Under the pieces are notes generated by a model. It was not told where the DNA came from and ran no database searches. It saw only the letters and a program-made list of their open reading frames with translations. A program made the position numbers and the translations under genes. A DNA stretch of 64,000 bases from a virus. Each line of letters opens with the position of its first letter. The stretch's first letter is position 1. The DNA lies in the IMG/VR virus record IMGVR_UViG_3300045988_062804; one strand, given 5' to 3'. This document shows positions 44,737 through 53,013 of the stretch, piece by piece.

Positions 44737-46385
44737 TGGCTTGTATTAATCATAATGATATAACATATAGAACACTTCTAGAACTTTCTGGATTAACCCA
44801 GTTAGAGCTTGATGCAAAGGTAAGGAAGATACTAGAGACTACTGGGGAATACCCATTTATTGAACAAGTAGTATCTTCTGACACAATACCTGCATTAGTA
44901 AAGAAGTATAATTTAGTCAAGTCGGGCGATAGATATGTTGCTAAAGATGTTGACTTAGAAGGAGTGGATGCGCCCTATTTAAATAGCATCTATAGAGACT
45001 TAGAGATAACGATAACTCCACTGTTTGATGGAGAATCCCTAGTAGACATCAAGAGGAGGGCTACTATAAATAGGGATTTAGAAGTAGAAGAAGATTATGT
45101 AGGACCTTATACTGAGCATAATAGTAATATATTCCCTCAACCTATTCAGGTAATTAATGGAAACTACATCTATCAGCATGATGGTAATTACTACATATCT
45201 AAACACAAAGTAGGAAGTTATACTGCATTAAGTAATCTACCAAGAACAAAGAACTTGAAGACAGCTTATTCCAAAGCTACTCCAGTAAACACTAAGTATG
45301 AAGTTAATAGAGATGTTCTTAGGTTTATATCGGACTATAGTAATTTATTGTCTGCAGGACAAAATGCTATATATAATACTAATTCAGAACTTCCACCAAT
45401 TATATCATATTATGGCAATTTTAACTATCCTAAGTTCAAAGTTGATACAACTCTTAAAGGCAAGTATGACATTAATGAAGAGGGTACTATCCTAATAAAT
45501 CCAAACAAAGTTGGAACTGAGCCTAAAGCATTAGAGAGGGCTATTCTTGAGGCTGAAGGCTTCTATAGTGAGACAGAGATACTTGAAGCACTAAATAGAC
45601 TTACTAACCCAATTAAAGTTGAAACGTTAAAAGTAGATAACAACCAATATTTATTAAGGTCTACTAATAAGGATAATAAACTTAATAATTATTACCCAGA
45701 ACTTTCTAATGGTAATATAAGAATCAATAAACTTGAAGCTATGTTGGATAGACTAACTGACTTATATGGGGTTAAATTCAATAGAGTTACAAGTTCAGAA
45801 TTGAGGTTGGGAGGGTTTAAGGATGTAATTCCAGATGCTACTAGAGTCAATGCTTTCATACTTGATGGAGAAATCTATATCAATACTGATAACGCAAGTG
45901 ATGATGCTCCTATTCATGAGTTGTCTCATATGTTGCTTGGTTCACTAAAGTCTACAGACTATAACCTATACTCAGCATTAGTAAACTCCGTAGAGAATCT
46001 TGATGATTATGATTTGAGGCTAGAGGAGTTCCCCAATAGAGCTAGAATGGATGCTAATGAGGAGATATTCGTAGACCTGTTTGCCAGACACTTTACAGAG
46101 AATTTGGAATTACCAGTTGATGCTAATCTAATGGATAGGGCAGAATATGAAATTAAGAGAAATATTGACTCAGCCATCTTCCCTAATGAAAGTACAACTA
46201 AAGTTAGTCTAAATAGTATCAGTGGTAAATCGTTCTCTGAAATCATGGACTTATTTGGAACATCTATTAACGAAACCACAATAGCTAATGCTTTTAATGG
46301 TAACGAATCAGGAACTAACAGACGACTAGCTAATATTAAAGAAGATTTATTAAAACAAGGATTATTAAAAGAGTATTGTGAATAA
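44736..46385 (+). CDS. 549-aa protein with a zincin (HExxH) metallopeptidase motif
   Basis: DDAPIHELSHMLLGS (HELSH at 45915-45929). TAATG junctions on both sides. Confidence 0.5.
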   Translation: MACINHNDITYRTLLELSGLTQLELDAKVRKILETTGEYPFIEQVVSSDTIPALVKKYNLVKSGDRYVAKDVDLEGVDAPYLNSIYRDLEITITPLFDGESLVDIKRRATINRDLEVEEDYVGPYTEHNSNIFPQPIQVINGNYIYQHDGNYYISKHKVGSYTALSNLPRTKNLKTAYSKATPVNTKYEVNRDVLRFISDYSNLLSAGQNAIYNTNSELPPIISYYGNFNYPKFKVDTTLKGKYDINEEGTILINPNKVGTEPKALERAILEAEGFYSETEILEALNRLTNPIKVETLKVDNNQYLLRSTNKDNKLNNYYPELSNGNIRINKLEAMLDRLTDLYGVKFNRVTSSELRLGGFKDVIPDATRVNAFILDGEIYINTDNASDDAPIHELSHMLLGSLKSTDYNLYSALVNSVENLDDYDLRLEEFPNRARMDANEEIFVDLFARHFTENLELPVDANLMDRAEYEIKRNIDSAIFPNESTTKVSLNSISGKSFSEIMDLFGTSINETTIANAFNGNESGTNRRLANIKEDLLKQGLLKEYCE

Positions 46386-49300
46386 TGGCAAAGTGCGGAT
46401 ATACTCTATTAGGAAGGTCATTTGGCTCTGAGTTAGAATTGAACAACTTCCTACTTAACAATAAACATAGTATAGACCTTGGTAGAATATCTGATATAGT
46501 GTTTAGTCTTAATACTAAGAAAGACGAAGTAGTATCTATATTAGATGGTAAACTATCATGGGCTACTAAAATCCAGAGTATTAAGAGAAATCCTAATTCA
46601 TTCCTGGATGATGAAGATATAGACCCAGAATCGGTGAAACCATATAAAGGTGTTACATCTGCAATAAAGTTATTTAGACAAGCAGATGGAGTAACCAGAT
46701 TTGTGCCTGAGTTCAAGATAGAGAACTTCAAGGAGAAGTGCTTTGAAAGGTGGGGTAAGGATGGGTTTAGTGCAATGGAAGCTAAATTGGTTGGTAAAGA
46801 GCCAGGTGTTCCAGTAAAAGAGAATGAAATGGAAGGAGCTTTCAAAGCACTAACTACCAAGTGGGACTTACTTGGTAAAGTTGGTACTTCACTTCATAAA
46901 GTAGCTGAGTTATTCTGGAAGGGTGAAAGTTTATCAGCTATAGTGCAGGATGATGAAGTTAAGAACTATCTTGACCCAGTAATGGCTTCTCATATGTATA
47001 GTAACATGGAAATACTGAGAGACCAGTTAATTAAGCTACATGGTAACGGAGACCCCAATAGTGTAAAATTCTACCCAGAGTACGTAGTTGCTGGAGACAC
47101 TCAAGCCACTGACGATAATGGTAATCCTATCAAACTACTTGGTATTATTGACTTGTTGGTAGTTGATTCTGATGGGCAAGTACACATATATGACTACAAG
47201 ACTTCTGATAAAGCTCACGTTGATTTTGATAGTACTAAGAAATTAACATTCGATTATCAGTTAGCTGTTTATAGGCAGTTATTAGAGAGCTATGGATTAC
47301 CAGTAAGTAGGGCTATGATGGGTATTATCCCACTATCAATGCAAGACTTTGATGGAACTACTGGTAACTTCTCCAACATTACTGCACCTATTACTACTGT
47401 AAATGGTGTAAAGGAAATCAACATTGATTATAGAGATAGAAACCCAAGGCTATCCTATGATAGTGCATCTGCCTTTGTAACCAATAACGTTGAAATGGTT
47501 ATGCCTGTAGAGCCTGTTGAAGATATAGTTACTAAGGACTTTGTTGAGCATATGAGTACTGGGTTTGCTAAACTATTCCCAGGATATAAGTTTAACAGAG
47601 AACTAAATGAAGCTACATTAGAAGCTCTTAAAAGGGATGTGAGATATAATGCATCTACTGGTAAGTGGACTCTTCCAGACTTAAAGAATCCAGGTAAGAC
47701 TCTAACATTTGATACTCAAGCAGAAGCATATAAGGCTCTTGAAAGTTATCACGAATCTTTGTTAAGCTCTAAGACGAGAGCAACTGAAAGGTTGATTGGT
47801 AATATTAGAACTGCTATTAATACTGGTAATACTAACTTCTTACCCCTATCCAATCGTAAGATTAAGGGACACAGTGCAGGTTGGTTTATTAAGGAATGTA
47901 GTAGGTACTGTAACTCTGAATGGAAGGTAATGGATGTTCCAGAATTAACATCTTTAGGTATAATGCTACTATTTAATAAGAGAGCTAAATACTTTGACGT
48001 GTTAGTACTTGATAACACTCCATTGAAGACACAGCTTAAATTCAAGAAGGGTACTTCCGTTCTTGGTGAATATGCTTCTAACGTAGAACTAGAACAGAGG
48101 GGTATCCTGGCATTGGAGGGCATTGTAGGTAATGTTGACCTAATGAAAGCTATGCTAGCTTTAAATGAACTTCCAGATTTATTCAGGGAAGGTAAGTTTA
48201 AATTAGGTGAGATTAGAGTTCTTAACCAAAAGGATGAAACTGGTATGCACACTAGTGCTTGGCAGTTAATGCAGAACTTTAATGAGCTTACTAAGAATGG
48301 TAGGGCTGGTGTGGATAATAACTTTACTACTGGTAAAATACAGTTCTTAGAGAATTATCAATTAGCATACTACAATATGATTCAGTTCTGTGCCTTAGGT
48401 AAAGAGCAGAGTAAATTGAATAATGTACTGTCAGAGTTTGAGACTAATCCAATTATTCTTGACCATTCTATAGAGAACCTAATAAAGATGAAGAAGATGT
48501 TAGAGCAGGAATATCCTAATTTAACTGAAACTAAGACTACAGATTTCTCTTCACCTCCTGGAATTGTATATGGCTACCTACTTAAAGCTATTAAGGATTT
48601 AAGAGGTATGCACTATGTACAAGAAGTTAGGGATGGTAACAAAATAGTTCTACTAACTGATAACCCAGATGTGATGGCATCAGCTAACCTTAGAAATATG
48701 TATAAAGTAACCACTGACGGTCTTGTACATCTAAGAACTAATCTTAATAACTTTGCTGCTGAAATGCGTACTGCTATGGAGAAGTTCTGGAAAGCTAAGG
48801 GATATTCTACTGAAAGAAGGAATCTTATTGGTGACCAACTATCACTATTTAAGAATATGTTTGTTACTGATAGAGATGGCAAGATTGATAGTAGAATGAG
48901 GGTTAAGAGTCCATTTGTTGATAGAACATTAGATGCTGCTGAGAAGGAGTTCCTAACATTCTGGCTGGATAAACTAAACAGATACAGGTATCAAAATATG
49001 TCTGAATCTGACTTAGAGGAAATGAGATTAGACCCTGATAGTGAATACTATAATGTACCATTAATGGAAGCTAGCTCAGCTACTAAGGTACAGGAAGGTG
49101 GTAAGGGATTAATATCCTGGTTTAAGAGAAAGGTAGACCAGTTTAGAAATCCTAAGGAATGGGCAGATAGACTAATCACTGGTGCTTTGGACTCAGAGCA
49201 TAATGAGCAGTTAAAGGAGGATATGGAAAAGTATGAGATGATTGATATGTTTGAGTATAGCGATAATGCAACATCAAGAAGTAATGCTTTAGAAGAGCAT

Positions 49301-51004
49301 GATACTGTGTTCTTTGAAACTAACTTGAATGACATTATCTATTCATATGCCTTTGTTAAAGAAAGGAAGAAAGCATACGATGAAATATTGCCAGTGGTTA
49401 AAGCTACTATGGTTGATATGCTTATGGAAGCTAACTTCCAGAACTTGGACATTAAGAATACTATAGGGTACACTAAGGACTATGTAAAGAACAAAATCAT
49501 TGGTCAAACATTAGTCCCAGAGAACCTTAAAGGATTAGCTCATTATATGGGTATGGTTAGAAACTTTACCACTACTGCCGCCTTAGGTTTCTCTCCTAAA
49601 TCTGGTCTATTCCAGATGATGGAAGGCTTCTGGAAGAATGCAGGTAAGGCAATCATTAGACCTATGGGTACTAATCAATTTGGATGGGATGAAGTACAGC
49701 AAGCCATGAAATGGGTAGCTGGTGATATGAAAGACCATTTCAAGATAGTATCGTTAGGAGAGCTGATAAATGAACAGTATGCCATTAATGACTTTGACTC
49801 TAACGTATATGATAAAAGGCTTAGAGGTGAACCTGGCTTGATTAACTTCCAGGGTAAGATGCTGTGGACTACCTCTGCACCTGACTACTTTAATAGAATG
49901 ACTCTATTTGTAGCTCAGATGATAAAGGATGGTTGCATGGATGCTTATTCAATGAAAGGTAATAAGTTAGTCTATGATTGGAAGAAAGATAAGAGATTCT
50001 CTGCATATGCAGCTGGTAATAAAGCTGATTCTAAGTATGGTTATCAGAAGGCTTTATATGAAGCTATGATAGACCAATTTAGAAATGAAGGTTGGAAGAA
50101 TGATAAAGGTCAACCAATCGGCTATGATGATGATTTACCAATGGCTTATACTAATAAGGAAGCTCAGAGTTTGAAATCATTTGCAGACCAAACTTATGGT
50201 TATTACTCACATGAAACTCAAATGATGTTAAAGAGCTACTTCCTCGGTGCTCAGTATATGCAGTTTAGAACTTATTGGTCAGCTTTGAAGAATAGGTACT
50301 TCCTAAAGAGTGGTGTATATTCACAAGGTAATTTCCAACAACTTGTAGACGAGGATGGTAATAAAGTTTATAAGAAACTTGTAACTATTAATGGTGTACA
50401 ACAGTATGTTCAGACTACTGAGAATACAGGTGAACCATTTATGGTGTGGAGAGGTAACTGGCAGGAAGGTATATTCATGTCATTTAGGGATGGATTCAAG
50501 GAAATGCTTGAAGGATTCCGTGATGATGGATTATCTGGAATAGTGAAGGGTGCTAAAGAATTTTGGAACACTAATAACAGTGAACTTAGAAGGGTAAGGC
50601 ACGCCAATTTACAGCAATTCGGATATGATATGGCTCTTTGGGGACTAATTGGTAGCCTACTTGGATACTTCTTAACCCAACTATTAAAGGAGCAACAGAA
50701 GGCTGATAAAGGTCGAGATTTGAGTTGGGGAGATGTAATGCTGAGAGATGCAGAAAGTATCTTCGTTTCCTCACTGATTACCTCAACTGACGATTTAGGT
50801 GCTTTTGAATCAATGCTATCACCTCTTACAGATTGGACCCCACCATCATTCAGAATGTTAACTAATATTTGGAATGATGGTTGTGCAGTGATTACTGGAG
50901 ATAAGGATTTTAGTAAAGCTGTCATAAATAACATCGGTGTACTAAGACAAACTAGAAACTTCTGGTACGATGCTAGTGAGACAGTTGAAAGTGCAATTGA
51001 ATAA
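46385..51004 (+). CDS. 1539-aa giant protein with an N-terminal RecB/Cas4-like PD-(D/E)xK nuclease domain and a C-terminal TM helix
   Basis: GIIDLLVVDSDGQVHIYDYKTSDK (D at 47150-47152, DYK at 47192-47200), followed by YQLAVYRQLL (QxxxY). A hydrophobic MALWGLIGSLLGYFLTQLL lies near aa 1410. Confidence 0.6.
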   Translation: MAKCGYTLLGRSFGSELELNNFLLNNKHSIDLGRISDIVFSLNTKKDEVVSILDGKLSWATKIQSIKRNPNSFLDDEDIDPESVKPYKGVTSAIKLFRQADGVTRFVPEFKIENFKEKCFERWGKDGFSAMEAKLVGKEPGVPVKENEMEGAFKALTTKWDLLGKVGTSLHKVAELFWKGESLSAIVQDDEVKNYLDPVMASHMYSNMEILRDQLIKLHGNGDPNSVKFYPEYVVAGDTQATDDNGNPIKLLGIIDLLVVDSDGQVHIYDYKTSDKAHVDFDSTKKLTFDYQLAVYRQLLESYGLPVSRAMMGIIPLSMQDFDGTTGNFSNITAPITTVNGVKEINIDYRDRNPRLSYDSASAFVTNNVEMVMPVEPVEDIVTKDFVEHMSTGFAKLFPGYKFNRELNEATLEALKRDVRYNASTGKWTLPDLKNPGKTLTFDTQAEAYKALESYHESLLSSKTRATERLIGNIRTAINTGNTNFLPLSNRKIKGHSAGWFIKECSRYCNSEWKVMDVPELTSLGIMLLFNKRAKYFDVLVLDNTPLKTQLKFKKGTSVLGEYASNVELEQRGILALEGIVGNVDLMKAMLALNELPDLFREGKFKLGEIRVLNQKDETGMHTSAWQLMQNFNELTKNGRAGVDNNFTTGKIQFLENYQLAYYNMIQFCALGKEQSKLNNVLSEFETNPIILDHSIENLIKMKKMLEQEYPNLTETKTTDFSSPPGIVYGYLLKAIKDLRGMHYVQEVRDGNKIVLLTDNPDVMASANLRNMYKVTTDGLVHLRTNLNNFAAEMRTAMEKFWKAKGYSTERRNLIGDQLSLFKNMFVTDRDGKIDSRMRVKSPFVDRTLDAAEKEFLTFWLDKLNRYRYQNMSESDLEEMRLDPDSEYYNVPLMEASSATKVQEGGKGLISWFKRKVDQFRNPKEWADRLITGALDSEHNEQLKEDMEKYEMIDMFEYSDNATSRSNALEEHDTVFFETNLNDIIYSYAFVKERKKAYDEILPVVKATMVDMLMEANFQNLDIKNTIGYTKDYVKNKIIGQTLVPENLKGLAHYMGMVRNFTTTAALGFSPKSGLFQMMEGFWKNAGKAIIRPMGTNQFGWDEVQQAMKWVAGDMKDHFKIVSLGELINEQYAINDFDSNVYDKRLRGEPGLINFQGKMLWTTSAPDYFNRMTLFVAQMIKDGCMDAYSMKGNKLVYDWKKDKRFSAYAAGNKADSKYGYQKALYEAMIDQFRNEGWKNDKGQPIGYDDDLPMAYTNKEAQSLKSFADQTYGYYSHETQMMLKSYFLGAQYMQFRTYWSALKNRYFLKSGVYSQGNFQQLVDEDGNKVYKKLVTINGVQQYVQTTENTGEPFMVWRGNWQEGIFMSFRDGFKEMLEGFRDDGLSGIVKGAKEFWNTNNSELRRVRHANLQQFGYDMALWGLIGSLLGYFLTQLLKEQQKADKGRDLSWGDVMLRDAESIFVSSLITSTDDLGAFESMLSPLTDWTPPSFRMLTNIWNDGCAVITGDKDFSKAVINNIGVLRQTRNFWYDASETVESAIE

Positions 51005-51621
51005 TGATTATTGGAATTTCTGGAAAGAAACAATGTGGTAAGGATACCGTATGCAAAATTATTAAGGCATTAGATATATGGAATAGGTACGGAGATGGGG
51101 ATATGCATACATTTGTAAAGATGTTACTTAAGAGTCCAAGTCCTTTAGGCAGTATATGGTACAAGCACGCATATGCTGATAAACTTAAACAAGTCTTAGC
51201 TATTATACTTAACGTAAATGTTAAGGCATTCGAGGATAATATATTTAAGATGTCTAACAGTGAGATAGCTAAACCAGAGGGAGGATATTATACTAATAGA
51301 GAACTTCTACAGAGATTTGGAACTGAGGTAGGTAGGAGTATATCTCCAACATTGTGGGTAGATGCTTTATTCATGGGCTACAGTGAGGACGACCACTGGA
51401 TTATTCCAGATGTTAGGTTTCCATCTGAAGCTGAAGCTATTAAGGAAAGGGGTGGTATAATCATTAGAGTAGATAGGGAAACCTTCTCTCGTGATACCCA
51501 TCCATCTGAAGTGGCATTGGATAATTATGAAGGTTTTGATTACAGAATAGATAACAATAACGATATAGAACATTTAATAGATAGGGTGAAAGGGATAATG
51601 TCCCAACTAAACCTTATATAA
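51004..51621 (+). CDS. deoxynucleoside monophosphate kinase
   Basis: MIIGISGKKQCGKDT P-loop and IIPDVRFPSEAEAIKERGGIIIRVDR, typical of phage dNMP kinases. Confidence 0.65.
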   Translation: MIIGISGKKQCGKDTVCKIIKALDIWNRYGDGDMHTFVKMLLKSPSPLGSIWYKHAYADKLKQVLAIILNVNVKAFEDNIFKMSNSEIAKPEGGYYTNRELLQRFGTEVGRSISPTLWVDALFMGYSEDDHWIIPDVRFPSEAEAIKERGGIIIRVDRETFSRDTHPSEVALDNYEGFDYRIDNNNDIEHLIDRVKGIMSQLNLI

Positions 51622-51628
51622 AGCAATT

Positions 51629-51677
51629 AGGGCGATACTAGTTAACGAAAGTTAAACTAGGTCGCCCTTATTTTTTT
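51629..51677 (+). terminator. rho-independent terminator ending the long + strand operon
   Basis: AGGGCGATACTAGTT...AACTAGGTCGCCCT forms a stem with one small bulge, followed by TTATTTTTTT. Confidence 0.75.
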
Positions 51678-51693
51678 ATTGAATTTAATTCAT

Positions 51694-51701
51694 TATCTTT
51701 G
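51694..51701 (+). promoter_or_regulatory. Bacteroidota-type -7 box TATCTTTG
   Basis: The octamer is identical to the one upstream of the HNH gene. It lies 17 nt before the ATG at 51719, and a TTG sits 12 nt upstream, as at 6213-6236. Confidence 0.55.
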
Positions 51702-51718
51702 CATTAAAGTTTTAAAAT

Positions 51719-52429
51719 ATGATATACCTAATAGACTTACAAACGTGTTATAAAATCGGGAGTTGTTCTGATATTAATAAGAGAATCAAGTCCTTTAAAA
51801 ACGCAAGGGAAAATGTTAAAGTTATAGATTTAATAGTAAATCCTGAAAAGACATTAGATAGTAAGGAAGATATTAGAATAGAAAGAGATATCCAGGAATT
51901 ATGTAGTAAATATCTAATAACAAGAGAACTATTTATGAAAGATGATAACGTAGTATCTATATTTAGGGACTACAAACACAACGTAATAAAGGATAATACT
52001 TTATGGGAAATAGACGAAATTAATGAGACTAGTATAAATCAAAGCAAGCCAACCTATCAATACGATATGCTTGGAAACTTCATAAATGTTTATAAGAGTA
52101 CTTCCAACGCTGCCACTTTAACTGGAATTAGTCGTAGTTGTATTCAAAGAGCATGTACTGGTAATTCCAGTAGGGCTGGAAACTTTATATGGAGTTTTAA
52201 TGAATTAAACGCAGAAGAACTTAAAGATAAGATAAGTAAAGCTGAACTTACACTTCCATCTAAAATACAACAATTTACTAAAAGTGGAAATCTAATTGGT
52301 AGTTATGATTCAATCAGTGATGCTTTTAGAGCTACTGGAGTCAGAATTTCAAGTATATCATCATGTATAAATGGTAAGTATAAAAGTGCTGGGGGATATA
52401 TATGGGTAAAACAACAAAGGGAGGCGTGA
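51719..52429 (+). CDS. T5orf172 / GIY-YIG-superfamily domain protein with two NUMOD1-like HTH repeats
   Basis: MIYLIDLQTCYKIGSCSDINKRIKSF (YKIG...R pattern of T5orf172). There are two repeats: Y.S.S.A...TG(I/V)S.S.I..(A)C.G....AG.(F/Y)IW. Confidence 0.6.
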   Translation: MIYLIDLQTCYKIGSCSDINKRIKSFKNARENVKVIDLIVNPEKTLDSKEDIRIERDIQELCSKYLITRELFMKDDNVVSIFRDYKHNVIKDNTLWEIDEINETSINQSKPTYQYDMLGNFINVYKSTSNAATLTGISRSCIQRACTGNSSRAGNFIWSFNELNAEELKDKISKAELTLPSKIQQFTKSGNLIGSYDSISDAFRATGVRISSISSCINGKYKSAGGYIWVKQQREA

Positions 52430-52449
52430 GCCTCCCTTATTTTTTTTTA
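52405..52449. terminator. bidirectional rho-independent terminator at the convergent junction
   Basis: AAGGGAGGC-GTGA-GCCTCCCTT is a 9-bp GC-rich stem. T9 follows on the + strand and TTGTTGTTTT on the - strand. It overlaps the stop codons of both flanking genes. Confidence 0.8.
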
Positions 52450-53013
52450 CTTAGTTTTCTTCTCTACATATTCAGGTTCTCTTTCGTCCTGTTGCTTTAG
52501 ATAAGTAAACATTCTCTTACCTAACGCCTTATAGTCTTTCTCACTCTTTGATTTAGAAGCTCTCTTAGCCATTCTGATTAGGGTTCTTGTATTCTTTCTA
52601 CTAAAGATTCTCTCTCCTCCTTCTAATTCCATTTGAGTAGAACCATCAGGGGCAATTACCTTCATTTTAGGCAATTCTTCGTCCTCTTCAATATCAAGTT
52701 CATCTCCCTCTTTAATACCAGAGCCTTGATTAACTTCTAATACAAATTGTACGTCATCTTCCTCAGCTATATTCTCATTCTCAGGTTCTCCCTGATATAC
52801 TGATATTACTTCCATATCTTCATTAATGAAAATGATGTCTAGTGGAATTTTAGTGTCCTTCATCCAGAATCCTACAGTCTGAGGCTCCTCAAAGAAGAAT
52901 AACATTCCTTCATCATCTTTCATTTCTGTAACTCCTTGTAGACCTTTCATTCTTTCCTCTTCAGTTCTAGCACAAGTTACATTATACTCTCTGTCTCCTA
53001 TTTCAATCTTCAT
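52447..53013 (-). CDS. DUF192-domain protein with an acidic and basic C-terminal extension
   Basis: MKGLQGVTEMKDDEGMLFFFEEPQTVGFWMKDTKIPLDIIFINEDMEVISV matches the rGLm...GmlF...fwMknt.ipLDiiFi pattern of DUF192 (COG1430). Confidence 0.6.
   Translation of the reverse strand: MKIEIGDREYNVTCARTEEERMKGLQGVTEMKDDEGMLFFFEEPQTVGFWMKDTKIPLDIIFINEDMEVISVYQGEPENENIAEEDDVQFVLEVNQGSGIKEGDELDIEEDEELPKMKVIAPDGSTQMELEGGERIFSRKNTRTLIRMAKRASKSKSEKDYKALGKRMFTYLKQQDEREPEYVEKKTK

Larger units (their letters stand above)
51694..52449 (+). mobile_element. free-standing T5orf172(GIY-YIG-like)/NUMOD homing-endonuclease-like cassette with its own promoter and terminator
   Basis: An autonomous transcription unit wedged between two terminators at the convergence point of the two gene blocks. 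Confidence 0.4.

Noticed and set aside
18938-51004. Stop-codon reassignment (TAG or TGA recoding), as described for some crAss-like phages' late genes.
   Set aside because: The giant ORFs of 1589, 2896, 3178 and 1539 codons are uninterrupted under the standard code. No recoding is needed in this window.
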